From Azolla caroliniana (Eukaryota > Plantae > Polypodiophyta), in the NCBI GenBank assembly GCA_043228905.1, contig JBHGNT010000209.1, forward strand, positions 1-52,319: a stretch of 52,319 nucleotides of DNA, in the 5' to 3' direction. Under the pieces are notes generated by a model. The model was not told the origin of the DNA. It searched no databases and was given only the letters and a program-made list of their open reading frames with translations. Below, piece after piece: positions 1 through 12,019 of this stretch. A program made the position numbers and the translations under genes. Numbering within the stretch: position 1 is the stretch's first letter; every line of letters begins with the position of its first letter.

Positions 1-295
1 ATATATATATTCACTCATTATAACCTCTCTACTTTATTACTGGACAATAGTAATCATACTAGACTATCACTTTTCAGTATTGAAAGAATAACTAGCTCAA
101 CTCTCCTAGATGCTCATGTTTGATATTTTCACTCGCTTGTTCTAGATTGGATGTCCTGCATCTAGATTCAGATCTTCACCAAAGCGACTAGCAAAACCCA
201 TAAATGTGTAGAAAAGCAACCATATATTCACAATCAGAAAAGATCTTGTTTATTACTGAAGATGGCCCAAACTAAGACATTCAACAAAGGCATAC

Positions 296-1029
296 CATGA
301 TCTTTCTTTTGAAATGCAACATCTTGGATTGCTGAGAAAATTTCAGGACTAAAAATGTACACTCCACAATTTATCCATTCACTGACCTGCAGAAACAGAA
401 CAAATCAAAGCCAGGAGGAAAGAAGAGTTAGATAACCTGAATTTTGAATCAGCTAAAAAACATGTGACAGAAATTATTCTCACGAATGTCTCAGGCTTCT
501 CAGCATAATGTAGCAATTCTCCTGTATCTGCATCTGCTACTAGCTCCCCAAACTGACTTGCTGAATCAGCAGATACCTGAACTAAGGTATTATTAATCTG
601 CTTAAGATCGAGTAAAAACTAGCAGTTTTTCAAAAGATTTGTTCCATTACCTTCTTCACAAGGAGTGTGCCAATACCCTTATATCTAGAATGTGCCGCTG
701 TAAGACTCAACACGAGAAGTCCCACACATATTAGACATTAGTTATTTAGAGAAACAATTTGCAATGGTTCATTGTAACTACACAGAGCTTTTTTCAGATA
801 TTTATGAAACAACAATTACCAAGCATTTCAGATAAAGGGAAACTGCAGCAGACATCACAATTCATGACAATGATATTGCTCTGTCGATAACAGATGATCA
901 GTTAGTTGTATAAAGTAACACCACTCTCCTGAAGCAACAGATTCAAAAAATATCATACAGGATCATCCTCCATAAGTAGATCTTTAAAATTGTACAGCCC
1001 CCCTGCGAGGTTTATCTTCCTGCAAATAC
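296..1029 (-). pseudogene. GMPPA: GDP-mannose pyrophosphorylase alpha (mannose-1-phosphate guanylyltransferase alpha, KONJAC-like), internal exons, probably pseudogenised
   Basis: Five AG/GT-bounded exons translated by hand: 1029-959 (YLQEDKP/AGGLYNFKDLLMEDDP), 880-820 (SNIIVMNCDVCCSFPLSEML), 697-651 (AHSRYKGIGTLLVKK), 576-484 (VSADSASQFGELVADADTGELLHYAEKPETF), 386-296 (VSEWINCGVYIFSPEIFSAIQDVAFQKKDH). Phases of the last four are consistent and the motifs match plant GMPPA from memory. The first exon lacks 8 nt of the conserved EDKPHGSAGGLY motif. Confidence 0.85.
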
Positions 1030-1415
1030 CTAAAAATCATATTTCCAGTTTACAATCCAAATATACAATAATTTAGAGAACATTTTGAGTGAATATCTTC
1101 TACATGAGAAAATAAAACAGATGTTATTGGATCATTCGAATCCGGATTTATTAACCTTTAGGATGGTCATGAAATACGCTATCTTACAAGGAATCTTGAT
1201 CAGCGAGTGTATGCTTTAAATGCATGCCATACACATGTTGAGCAAAGAATGATATAAATTAGCAGGAAGCAGACATTTCATACTATGAAGTGGCTTTTAT
1301 AGCTAATACTACAGCATTTCTATTTGCATGATACAGTGTGTGCGGCAGGGGATACAGTGAATTGGCCATGATGAAGGCCCAGCCACTTACAATCTGTCCT
1401 GGATACCACATATTT

Positions 1416-1436
1416 CCCTAAACCCTAAACCCTAAA
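1416..1436 (+). repeat. Interstitial plant telomere-type repeat (CCCTAAA)3
   Basis: ccctaaaccctaaaccctaaa read directly. Confidence 0.85.
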
Positions 1437-2267
1437 CCAATAGATGTTATGCCTATAGTCCATCAGAAATCTTATATAGCTGAATTCTGATGACAATACA
1501 ATACTTAAGTGTACAAAACCCAGAATAAAGGTGACTGGGATGAGCTGTGTAATGCCAAAAACTGTTCTCTAGTCATTTCCCAATGCCCTAAAACTATCTC
1601 AATGAGATGGCTATAAGAGCCCAGACAAATTCACTGAGATTCATAGACCTCAATACCCGTGCATCAAGAGTTATTAAGCATGCATTTTTGTGCTACTCAA
1701 ACTAGACTTCTTAGTAAACAATTATTCTAATATCAACAGATATGGTGTACAAGGGGTAGATTTTCTCTATTAAGATGTCCAATAAAATACTTCTATAAGC
1801 ATTGGAAAATTCTTCAAGCTGATAATCATCAATGGCTTCCCATTTACACCTCACCAAGAGTAAGTTTAAACCATTCTACTATCCTGGATAATCATCAATG
1901 CTATAAGGACAGTGCTGAAGGGTATGTGAGCAGATTACCATTAATGTTATAAAGAAACTATTGAAGAGTAAGAAAATAAAAATGTCAAAAAAAGGCTCAT
2001 GAAATATGGTTTCATTTTGTAGCACCTCACTGAGAGTAAGTTTAAACCATTCTACAATTCTGGTTATCTGAACACATAACGACAAGGACCATGAATGTAT
2101 CCATGATTTATATGCAGCATCCCATAGCTCATATCGATCCACAGAGGAAGTAAATATATCATCATCATCTCTTCTTTCCGTCAGATGACTATAACCCACG
2201 CATTGTGAATGTTAAGCATTCACTTGTCAAAGAAAGATTCATTTTGTCATTACTAAGCATTCACTTA

Positions 2268-2333
2268 GGAGCAGAACCTGTTGCTTCACTTGCTGCTGCT
2301 CGTGCTCTGCATGTGTATGTGTATGTGTATGTA

Positions 2334-2364
<31 letters not shown>

Positions 2365-2406
2365 TTGTATGTGTATTTGTATGTGTGTGTGTATGTGTAT
2401 GTGTAT
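2268..2406 (+). repeat. Outer TIR tip (~43 bp) plus (ATGTGT)n microsatellite of a Mutator-like element
   Basis: ggagcagaacctgttgcttcacttgctgctgctcgtgctct followed by (atgtgt)n; the reverse complement occurs at ~50251-50376. Confidence 0.8.
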
Positions 2407-2670
2407 CATAGTATGAACCATACGTGCATTCGCATTCGCGAATGGTTCAATTATTCGCGAAAGAAAAACACCCTCAAAGAATGATAAATACCATACTTTT
2501 GGATTAACTATTTATTATGAGGTAGATAAGCCTAAGAATAAAAAAAAAACAACAAAAAACATTAAAAAAGTGGGAAAAAAATACAAGAATGTTGGGATAA
2601 CATTCGCATTCGTTTTCCAACGTAGGAAAACGAATGTTAAACTAGACGAACACGAATTTTACGTACTATG
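2407..2670. mobile_element. Non-autonomous hAT-type MITE 1 (copy A)
   Basis: Termini CATAGTA...TACTATG; 8-bp flank ATGTGTAT at 2399-2406 and 2671-2678; subterminal CATTCG/CGAAT motifs. Confidence 0.7.
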
Positions 2671-2678
2671 ATGTGTAT

Positions 2679-3216
2679 CATAGTTCCTAATATTCGCGTA
2701 CGTCCAGTTTACTTGACATACGCGATATTCGTTTGGCTTCTTTTTTTTGGGGGTTTTTTATTTCTGATATTCATCGTTCTTTGCAAATAGAAGTGACGTT
2801 TGACACACACACACACACCCTCTCTCTCTCTCACAGGAGAACTGACAGATCTTCTCTCTCTACAAAATTTAGATATCTAATATTCACATTCCCTCACACA
2901 GACAAACACCATAGCTCCTCTCTCTCTCTCTCTCTTACATGGGTACCACGGGCCACATCCACATCGCAACCCTTTGACCTTCCGCTTCTTTTCGAGAGAC
3001 TTGGATGGAAATGAAAATAACAATTGTATAACACCATTTTCATTGTAGTAGAACATGTTTCTATATAAAACATGTTTGTTATTTTTTAGAACTATTTAGC
3101 TTAAACTCTATTTTTCATCGTATTTTTATTTTTACTTCGATGAATGGGTAAATATCCCATTTTTGTTGTAAACCATTTGTCTCATGGGCCAATTTTGGCC
3201 TTAGAAGACGTTAATA

Positions 3217-3249
<33 letters not shown>

Positions 3250-3357
3250 CTCTAGAGTCTACGCATACACTCAAACCACTCTCTCCTCACACATGCAAAA
3301 CAGGGCTTCTCTCTCTAGACCACACACGCTCTCTCTTTCTCTCTCTTTTTTGGTAAA

Positions 3358-3392
<35 letters not shown>

Positions 3393-3554
3393 TGTCAACA
3401 CACACACACACACACACACTATATGTACACCATATGTATATATCTATGTACCGCGTATGGATTTCAATCATACTCGAAGCCTTTTCACGTATCAGTATGA
3501 TACGAATATTGGCGTTTGAGTATGACACGAATGGGACGTATGGCTAGAACTACG
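2679..3554. mobile_element. Non-autonomous hAT-type MITE 2 (copy A)
   Basis: Termini CATAGTTC...GAACTACG (one mismatch); 8-bp flank ATGTGTAT at 2671-2678 and 3555-3562; internal CT/CA/TTTC microsatellites. Confidence 0.7.
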
Positions 3555-3562
3555 ATGTGTAT

Positions 3563-3912
3563 GTGTATGTGTATGTGTGCTCGTGACTAACTACTACCAA
3601 ATATTTAAGAGGGCAAGTGAGGGAATCGCGGAGAGGGACGGTGCACGTCGCACCGTTGATGGCGTGTTCGATCTCCATCGTCCAAGATGGATAAAAAGCT
3701 GACAACATCTGTCACCAGCGACTCTCTGACATCCTTTGTGAAAAGGAGCCCGACTCTGTCAAAAGGAGCCCTGTTGTCAGATAACCTCTGTACGCAGGAG
3801 CCTGACTCTGTCAGAAGGAGCCCCGCTGACTGACAGCATTAGTAAGAAGGAGCCCGACTTTGTCAAAAGGAGCCCCGTTGTTTGACAACCTCTGTCATCA
3901 GGAGCCTGACTT
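3563..3912 (+). repeat. Inner TIR of Mutator-like element with subterminal GGAGCC(C/T)GACTCTGTCA repeats (copy A)
   Basis: gctcgtgactaactactaccaaatatttaagagggcaagtgagggaatc... followed by about seven ggagcc-containing units; inverted homologs at 46258-46443 and 49820-50250. Confidence 0.8.
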
Positions 3913-4089
3913 AAAAACAAACATCAAAAACTCCAAAAAATGGTAAGTGTACAACAAATATTTGCCATGAAAATGATCATAAAATTTCTCAAAAAAAACT
4001 AGAGATTCAAATAACAAGTCTTACATAAAATATTAAAACGTCAAACGTTGACAACCCTAAAATGAAATATGAATATACACATTACATAT

Positions 4090-5440
4090 TACGATTATAG
4101 CTCATGTCAGGATGATTGCAAGATGCAACCACAATTTTTACAACATGTAACGTTCGAGTCCCTTGAAGTCAAGGTCAACCCATCGCAACGCAAAACACCG
4201 AACCTTCTAATGGTCACCTATTGGCAATCGCCTCCTAGCCTGACTTGCACCTCTTTGTAGTTTTCCGGAGTGGGATTTGGAAGTGTTTGGGGAGCTGCCA
4301 ATAAGTTCTTGCGAGATGTCTATTGTTGCACTTCTTTTGGCATCGATTTGTTGGTTGCGACTTATTGATCTGCCATCTTCTTCATTGGTTGATTTTGGTG
4401 CACCAACGCGATACACCTTCTCAGCCACATCTTCCAATGTTTGTATACCTTTGACAATAGTTGCACGGTCGAAGGTTCCTAACCCTTGCTCGAGACATTG
4501 AAATGCTTTCACAACCGTTTGTATTTTGGACTTGAATGATTCAATCTCGGATATTGTGGGGTTTGTCTCCTTGAATCATTCTACCTCTGCCTCCACTTCT
4601 ATTTCTGTATTATGGTCCATTCGCATTTGGGTCGCGTGATCTATAAAAGGCAATGAGCCACATAAATGTGGCATATGCCTCTCACTAATCATTCGGATAC
4701 CGAGTAAATGCTTACATTTACTCGCAATGTCTTGGCAATCACAATATGAACATTGGAGTGAGACATTATACCATAGAGTGGGAGTTGTCATGCTCAAGAT
4801 TCTAAACCAATATCGGGCCTCGTCAACAATTTCCATTGTGGAAGTATCGTCGACATACCTTTCCAATATTCTCTCTGCTTCTTTAAGTCGGGACCTTTGA
4901 TCCGTACAATTCGCACGGCGTGCAAACCGACCACTCTCACATATTTCTTGTCGTTGCTTGTACCACTCTATTACCGTTCCTCCTATGCAAGTGCCAGTTT
5001 CATTGTCCCCGATTAAGACATGCAGAAGGTCGGTAATTGATCGGTTTATTCTTCCTCTCAAGGCAATATACTTGATAAACTGCCAATGTCTTTCCACAAT
5101 ATTGGTAGTGTCAACGTGTCCATAGTTGAAAATTCTAACAAACTTGGGCTAGAGTTTCCTCCACACACATGTCAAACCACACCATCCTCCTTCTATATAT
5201 TGCTAAACATCGGGCTTGTCTACATATTCTACCTTTAACTCCTCACACATCGCATTGAATGCGGATTCAGTAATGCATTGCATCTGTTGGCACATTCATT
5301 GATAAAGATGGCTTCTGTGAGTTGCACTTACTTTTGGCAACAAGTTGTCCACCCATGACTTTTTGGCGTGAAACTAACACCATAGAAGTCGACAATGTGT
5401 TTGTGACCATTGCCCATTTACAACAATCCAAGATTGACGA
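4090..5440 (-). pseudogene. MULE transposase C-terminal half with SWIM zinc finger (copy A), decayed
   Basis: Minus frame reads RQSWIVV..CRLLWC*FHAKK (CxxH motif)...DTTNIVERHWQFIK...CSYCDCQDIASKCKHL (SWIM CxC..CxH); several in-frame stops. Confidence 0.8.
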
Positions 5441-6052
5441 TGTCGTGAAGATTTTCGGCTATAGTGTGAAACCAAGGCGGAATAGGGCAAGACGGTGGTG
5501 TGCAATATGTGCACATGTGTAGTAGGGAACAATGTATAGAATAAAGGGGGAGTATTTGTCCCACATTGTAACGCCCTCCCCTCCTTGGTCCCTTGTTTAA
5601 GGGTTGCCCATTTTGAGTTGTAGCGGTGTACCATTTTTGTTGAGGGTCTTTTTCTTAAGAGTTTTCTAGGGTTAGTAACTTCCTGTTCTTCTCCTTCTTG
5701 AGAAGTCGGGCGCAACAGCCATGGCAATAACGCTGTTAGGGCTAACTTCTTTTCTTATGAGCGTACCCGGCTCGAAGCCAAGGTTGTATCTTTCCCCTTT
5801 ATAATATAAACACTTATATCTGTTTGTGCATATTGGTGTATTTGGTGGTGTCGGGAGCATAGCCCCTTTCGTTTCTTGTGCATAAGAGTCGGCGTCGCGC
5901 ACATGCCCTTTCTCTCTCTCTCTCTCTCTCTCTCTCGTGTTCGGTTGCCTCCGAGTCATGTCCGGAGTCGGTTTTCTTGGCATCCCTTTTGTCCCTCGTC
6001 CGAGACCCCCGTGGTCCCGCCCCTCTACATGCACGTGCGCAATAACGCGACA
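5441..6052 (+). mobile_element. 5' LTR of gag-only Gypsy-type element (copy A)
   Basis: TGTCGTG...GCGACA termini; PBS tggtgtacccaacgtgaa at 6057-6074; diverged reverse-complement LTR at 22874-23457. Confidence 0.85.
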
Positions 6053-6089
6053 TCTTTGGTGTACCCAACGTGAAGGGCGACAAGGGAGA

Positions 6090-6810
6090 ATGGAGTTGGA
6101 AGAAGACGACTTCGCACAACTTTTTGTCGATGCGGTGAGGGAGTTTGGAAGAGCAACAACAAGAAGAGAGACGACGCATCAAGCTATTGAGAGAGTGGTC
6201 GATAGAGTCGGTCGTTTCAACGGGGACAAAGTCCCATTCTACTTGGAAGCCTACAATGCAGAAATGGAGGAGCGAGATGTAGACGAGGCGTTGAGGCTGG
6301 AATTCTTCTATCGGGTCATCACCGTCCATATGCACGTAGAAGATGAAGGAGCTCCGAGAAGCTCATAGTTCGTGGGAGGCCTTCGAAGAGGCGTTCCTGC
6401 AGGCATATGGAGGACGGCAGAAGAGCCGGGGACGTTGTGACTTCGACCAATTGGTGGCGTCGGCGAAGACCCACTGGAGCACAATGAAGGCGTTCCGAGA
6501 GTTCAAGCAACGGCTTGCTCGGCTCCTAGAGTGGGAGCAAGGTTTGGTGGGGGCGGACAAAGCCCTGTTGTTCGTTAGATCAATCGACCTAGTGGAACGG
6601 GAGGCCATCGGGATTGAGCTCGAAGACGATGACGGAGCGAATAGCCTTACAGAGGACTGGTCGAAAGTCGAAAAGGTATGCCAATGGCTAGATGACGAAC
6701 GGGCCAAGAAGGCTAGGAGGAAGGCGCACGACAGCGCGCCATCACAATGGGAAAAGGTTGAACGACAAAGAGAGTCGGCAAGGCTCGGCTTCGGGGCCAG
6801 GATTGCGTAG
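6090..6810 (+). pseudogene. Gypsy-type gag, frameshifted (copy A)
   Basis: IERVVDRVGRFNGDKVPFYLEAYNAEM...SWEAFEEAF...DKALLFVRSID aligns by eye with gag at 33056 (VERLVQRNGQFNGKDVSRYLQDYKAEM...TWEAFEEAL...DKVIMFLRAVD); frameshift near 6340. Confidence 0.8.
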
Positions 6811-7055
6811 GCGTACGCAGCTCTCGAGGCAATGCTCGAGAAAGAGGAAAGATCGAGGCCGTAAATTGACGCTGAGCAGACGGACCTGGCCAACGAGAAG
6901 GTAGAAGATTGGTACGACGGTACCACGAGAGAGGGTGCGAAACAAAACGCCCTCTCAACTTGCGGAGATAGAATAGCCAAGGACAAGGCCGAGATACCAT
7001 TCGCAAAATCGGAACATTGGGACTGGCGGTTTCGGGCACGTCAGCCCGGAACTCC

Positions 7056-7784
7056 AGACATTGGATTGGGACAAGTTAAGGTAACATTGGAAGCATTACG
7101 TGATGTCGCGAGGGGAGCACCTCTTTCACTTCATGCATGAAGGCGCATGAAGAGTCGTCTCATACTCGGGAATGAGAATGCAATTTACCTTAAAGCATCA
7201 CCTAATCTTCAAGTATTATACGTTGAGAAATGGAGGGAAGTAGTATTAGCGTCACATCACACGTTTTCAAAGACTCTTACAGAGTTAAAGCTAGTTTATG
7301 CGACTGATGTACGTGACTATGGCATCCCGCCGGAGTACGTAAAAGCACTCATTACAAGTTGTGGTTGCTAATGGTATCGAAGGTCGACCCGATAGAACGT
7401 TTGGGATCAAGCATGACCAAATATAACAAGAACCTACCCATAGAAGTGATCAAGGTAGAAACCCACCAGTTAGATCAATGGATGTTGGAAATGTTGGAGT
7501 GGTTGACCCTAAACAACTCTTGGGCAATCGACTTGACATTTAAAACAAACCAATTCGGGCTACCATTATATGCATCAGTTGCCCCCAATGCCATGGGAAT
7601 TGGGATCCCATTATGGTACATGCTTTGTAGTTTTGATAAGGGGTCAAACCATGAGCAAGTCGCATTAGAAACTTGTTTGAGAGTCATATTCGCAAGGATG
7701 CCCACGGTGAGGCCAAATGCAATAGTGATTGATAAATGTTGGACATCATATAATGCCATAACTAATGTGGTTGCAACTGACCGT
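7056..7784 (+). pseudogene. MULE transposase N-terminal/catalytic half (copy A), inverted relative to the C-terminal half
   Basis: WAIDLTFKTNQFGLPLY...GIPLWYMLC...AIVIDKC is the MULE domain carrying the first two catalytic Asp; ends at NVVATDR against an LTR. Confidence 0.8.
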
Positions 7785-7898
7785 TGTCGCGTTATTGCGC
7801 ATGTGCGTGTAGAGGGGCAGGACCACGGGGGTCTCGGACGAGGGAGAAAAGGAATGCCACAAAAACCGACTCTGAACACGACCCAGAGGCAACCGAAC
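7785..7898 (-). mobile_element. Truncated 3' LTR of gag-only Gypsy (copy A)
   Basis: Matches 22874-22987, then switches abruptly to LINE RT sequence. Confidence 0.8.
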
Positions 7899-10320
7899 CT
7901 TGGGCTGACGTGTGGAAGATAAGGACTTTAGTTTTCCCTAGATTCACTACCAATCCTCGTTGTGTACAAAAGTCATCTAAGGCATTAAGGTGCCTTTGTA
8001 GGTCGTGTTCGGATTCAAAGAGCAAAACTATGTCGTCTGCATAGAGCAAGATACGTACCTGCGTATCCCCAAGGACTACTCCATTGCCTCCCTTACGAGG
8101 AATAAAATCTGTGATCTCATCAATGTAGATCCCAAAAAGAGTCGGAGATAAGGGGCAACCTTGTTTTACACCAATAGTGCTAGTGAAACTATCGGATATG
8201 CCGCTTGGGCATCGAACACACCCGGACACTTGTTCATATAGTGCGTAGATGGCCCAAACCATGTCATCCGGTATCCTCAAGCTCTTAAGCCTATCAAACA
8301 ACCGCTCTCTAGGGACCGTGTTAAAGGCTTTGCAGAAGTCCACAAAACAACAATATAGTTTCTTCTTGCGAGCCTTAGTATGGTCAATTAAGCATCTAAG
8401 TGTGAAGATATGGTCAATAGTGGAGAAGGCTCGTCTAAAGCCAGCCTGTTTAGGTGCACGAAGATTTAAGGTCTCCATATACTCGCTAAGCTCTGCCTCC
8501 ATTACTGCACCATATAATTTAGCAAGGGTATGACCTATCATAATGGTCCTATAAGTATTTGGGTCCATGGGGTCCCCCCCTTTATGTATGGGGGCCACTG
8601 TGTTCATGGTCCATTGTGGTGGAAAACCCTCTGCGAGGGCACGATTGAAGATTAGAGTTAGCAAGGGAGCTAGGCACTCTCTCGTGTATATGATGTGTTT
8701 TGCTCGCAATCCTGTGTGGTCCATGGACTTCCTATGTTGTAATTTCTTTATGACCTTCGTGACCCTAGAGGTCGTGAAGAGTGTCCCCACAGTAGGTCGG
8801 GGTGTAGAAGGCATTGGAATGGGTGGTTGGTTTGGGATTTGGTAAAGTCTCTCTGTATAAGTGTGCCAAGTTACGGGATCTTCGATGGGTGTTTGTGGTC
8901 TTGGTTCTCGTAATCTCTTCCATGCAGCGGCACAATCGCTACTCATGAGCATGTGGTAGAGTTCCCAATATTGGGATGCCTCCCATGCTCGTCTCTTACG
9001 ACGTGTCATCTTGCGCATTTCTTTACGAGCTTGTACTGAGGTAATACTACCACTGACTTGCGATATTGTAAGTTGTCAATGTAAGCACCTACAATCCTCA
9101 TCATACCATCTATTTTGTGGCATAGATCTTACTTTACCTTGATTGGAGTGTTTCGTGTATGGGAAACTGCTAACTGCTGCAGAGTGAAGGATGTGTGTGA
9201 GTTTTGTATTAAGGCTCTCTAAAGGTAGGGAGGGATCAAGGGAGGAGAGATGGGCTTGAACATGTCGAGCATATATGTCAGAGAGCTCATGTGTGAAATG
9301 TATTGTGATGTCATGGCGTGGTTGACTAGAGTTGGTGACGTTAGAGATATCACATTTTATCTCAAAGTATAAGAAACTATGGTCTGCGCCAATAGGACAT
9401 GGGGCCACTCGGAAGGAGTTAATCATGTGGGTAGCTTCAAGGCGTCCTATTAGATAATCGACTATGCTTTCCCCTCCTCCATGTGGGAAACATGTGAGCT
9501 CTGCCGAACCTGGCCACTTGGCTAAACCATTATATATGACCATCTGGTGCCGACTACCGAGTTCGAGCAAATGATGGCCAAAGCTCGTGGCGTCTGCACC
9601 TTGATCCTTTGATCTACGTGTGGTGTCTATGTCTGAGGGATCGACATTTACCATTTCTAGGTTTCTATTCATTTGAAATATTGTGCATTGTCGGGATTAG
9701 GTTCTCGCATTAAAGTCTCCTACAAGGAATACTTCTCCTTGGGAAGAATATCGGATTATGTCATCCGATAGAGGTTCATATGGGGAAGGCCCATGTGGCA
9801 CTCCGTCATCAACTAATCTCGCCTCGCTAGCCAGATTATAATGAGAGCCTTTCGGGGGAAAGTAACAAATGGCGAAAATTACTGCCTTGTCCTTGCTTGT
9901 GGAGACTTTCGCCCACATAAAATGAGCTTTTGGGTCTGTGCTCAGTATTTCTATCCTATTATGTAGCTCCCTCCGAAACAATATTGCGACACCGCCAGAT
10001 CCCCTGGTCGTGCATCGACGTGAGGTTTGTCTAAAAGCCGACTCCCAACGAAATCCTTTGACTCGTAGGAGTCCCCTATTTGGGCTTTGGTGTGTTTCTA
10101 CTAGGCAAACTATATCTGATTCCTTTAATATCCCCTCTAGGCGGCCGGGGTGTGTCCAGAGTGCGTCGTTACAATTCCATAGGGTCATCCTAAGTGTGTT
10201 TTCTGTCACATGGGCCACACGCTGTCGATTAGTAGTGCGATCATTTATGATCACTCGCCCATCTCGATAAAAGGCGCGATGCCCGTCTTTACGAGCTTGC
10301 ATAACCTTTAGCATACAACC
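7899..10320 (-). mobile_element. LINE fragment (RTE/RTEX-like): APE endonuclease plus RT, truncated at both ends
   Basis: LVETHQ, GGVA, YFPP, GDFNART, IVDY, ADH (endonuclease); QAGFR, FVDFCKAFN, GVKQGCPLSPTLF, LLYADD, NLGKTK (RT). In-frame stops at 9697 and 9076. Confidence 0.9.
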
Positions 10321-11224
10321 CGAGAGAGATCAAATACGTAAAAAAAATATTAAGAATTTTGCAAGAACCTCCCAAGAACTGCAAAAAATGACACTCTCTC
10401 ACTCATCTCCTTCTGTGTAACCAACCACAGACAAACAGAAGACGAAGAAGGAGAAGAAGAGGATAAAGGAACGTCAAATTTCTCCATAACCTAAGCTCAG
10501 ACAGCAGGAAGACCGGCATTTCTAAAGCTTGAAGATGGAGTAAGTCAGCATTTCCAATGCATGTTTATAGCAATTTAATAGAAAATCAAATTGTATCCAT
10601 GCAAACCAATTTGTAGGAGTTTATTGGATATTTAACAAATATCTAATGTATCCAGGAGATACTATCACTTTAGGCTATGCTTGTTTTACTCAAGGTTCGC
10701 AACAAGGCAATATAATTTGCATGAAAACAAGAATGATGGTGAAATTGCAAACTGGAATACATTAGCCCTAAAGTGGAATATCTAGAACAACCACATGATC
10801 TTTTTTTCCCTTATGAAACAGTTTCCAAGATCAAAATTTCACATTGCTTTTATATTGACTATAAAGTGTTCAAAGTTTTATAGACTAATTTTCAAATTCA
10901 AGTTAACTCTTTCGCATGTGCAACTGAGTATTTACTATTTGTGTTCAACTAGACTCTCATTTTTGTAGAATTTGAATTCTTATAATTTTTCTTAGAATTG
11001 AAACCACAAGAAGTTGACCCAGATCAATTGCAATTGACTAGTTTTCTTGATCAAAATCATCCAAACCACTTCTTTATTCAAGATGTCTATTTTGTGATGT
11101 ACTAAGAATAAAACATTCACTCCCTTATTTATATTCTTACTTGTTGCTTTTGCTCTCACAAATTACAAAGATGCTTGGATGTGGAAAGGTTTTCCTATCA
11201 TCATTACCTATCTTCTCGCAAGGT

Positions 11225-12014
11225 TGTTGGAGGTAATTCCTAGCACTATTGGAATAAAAAACTAGTATGACCATTATCCCCCACACTCTTCAGTGTTTAT
11301 ATAGATGAGATATCTAGTTGCATAGAGAGATTGGGTGGTTCAAGATCATGCTTAGCTGGGGTATCATACCTATATCATTATTTATATAGATGAGGTATCT
11401 AATTGCATCGAGAGATCAAGTGGTTAATTGGCGTAGCCATACCTATATCATGATATACCAATGACATTGTGTTGATCCTCGACTATTGGTTTGAATCTCA
11501 TCCTGTCATAAGTCTTCCTAGTCATCTCTTCAACCTGACCTTTGACTTGTCATTATATTGAGTGTGACACTTCTCTTCGCGTGAACATACTACATCACAA
11601 CATTTGCCCCCACCAAACCTGCATAGCATTCAGTATGTGCCAATCATGGTCTGGTTGATGTAGTCATCCTTCACTTTCCTCACTCTTTGAATCTTGTTCA
11701 TTATCATACTCATTTGCCGCATGGTCCTCAAGGTTCGACTCCTCTTGTCGTGTCTTAAAGATTTTAACTCTCTTCTCCACTATCGGGCTTGTGAACGAAG
11801 TCTATTCCCCACATTTGGAACAACTCTAATGGTAGGATCGGTTGATGTGGGAGCTTCACCTGTGTTGTCCGCTGACGCATCAACGGACACAAATCGCACT
11901 CCCGGTAGTGCTTTGCCGTGTTTGCCACCAAACGCCGCTTTGCCAAACCTTCCAAGCTATGACATCCCTTGCGTAGTGTCCACCGGCTACTCCGCAATGT
12001 GCTTCCCTTAGTAT
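11225..12014 (-). mobile_element. Decayed Gypsy remnant: integrase fragment, PPT and probable 3' LTR
   Basis: HYRECDLC...QPILPLELFQMWGIDFV (integrase zinc finger/core start); on minus ggtgggggcaaa then TGTTG at 11602; possible LTR end CAACA at 11225. Confidence 0.55.
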
Positions 12015-12019
12015 TGTAT

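Noticed and set aside
1879-2199. 106-aa ORF as the missing GMPPA 5' exon
   Set aside because: No resemblance to the nucleotidyltransferase N-terminus.
2205-2484. ORFs with VC/VY/IH dipeptide runs (also 50013-50427, 3271-3547)
   Set aside because: Translations of microsatellites, not proteins.
3743-3912. Repeat-spacer pattern resembling a CRISPR array
   Set aside because: Spacers are homologous to each other, there are no cas genes, the context is eukaryotic and the block is mirrored at the opposite TIR.
7792-7898. Apparent C-terminal extension of the 408-aa RT ORF
   Set aside because: Chance read-through across the LINE/LTR rearrangement junction.
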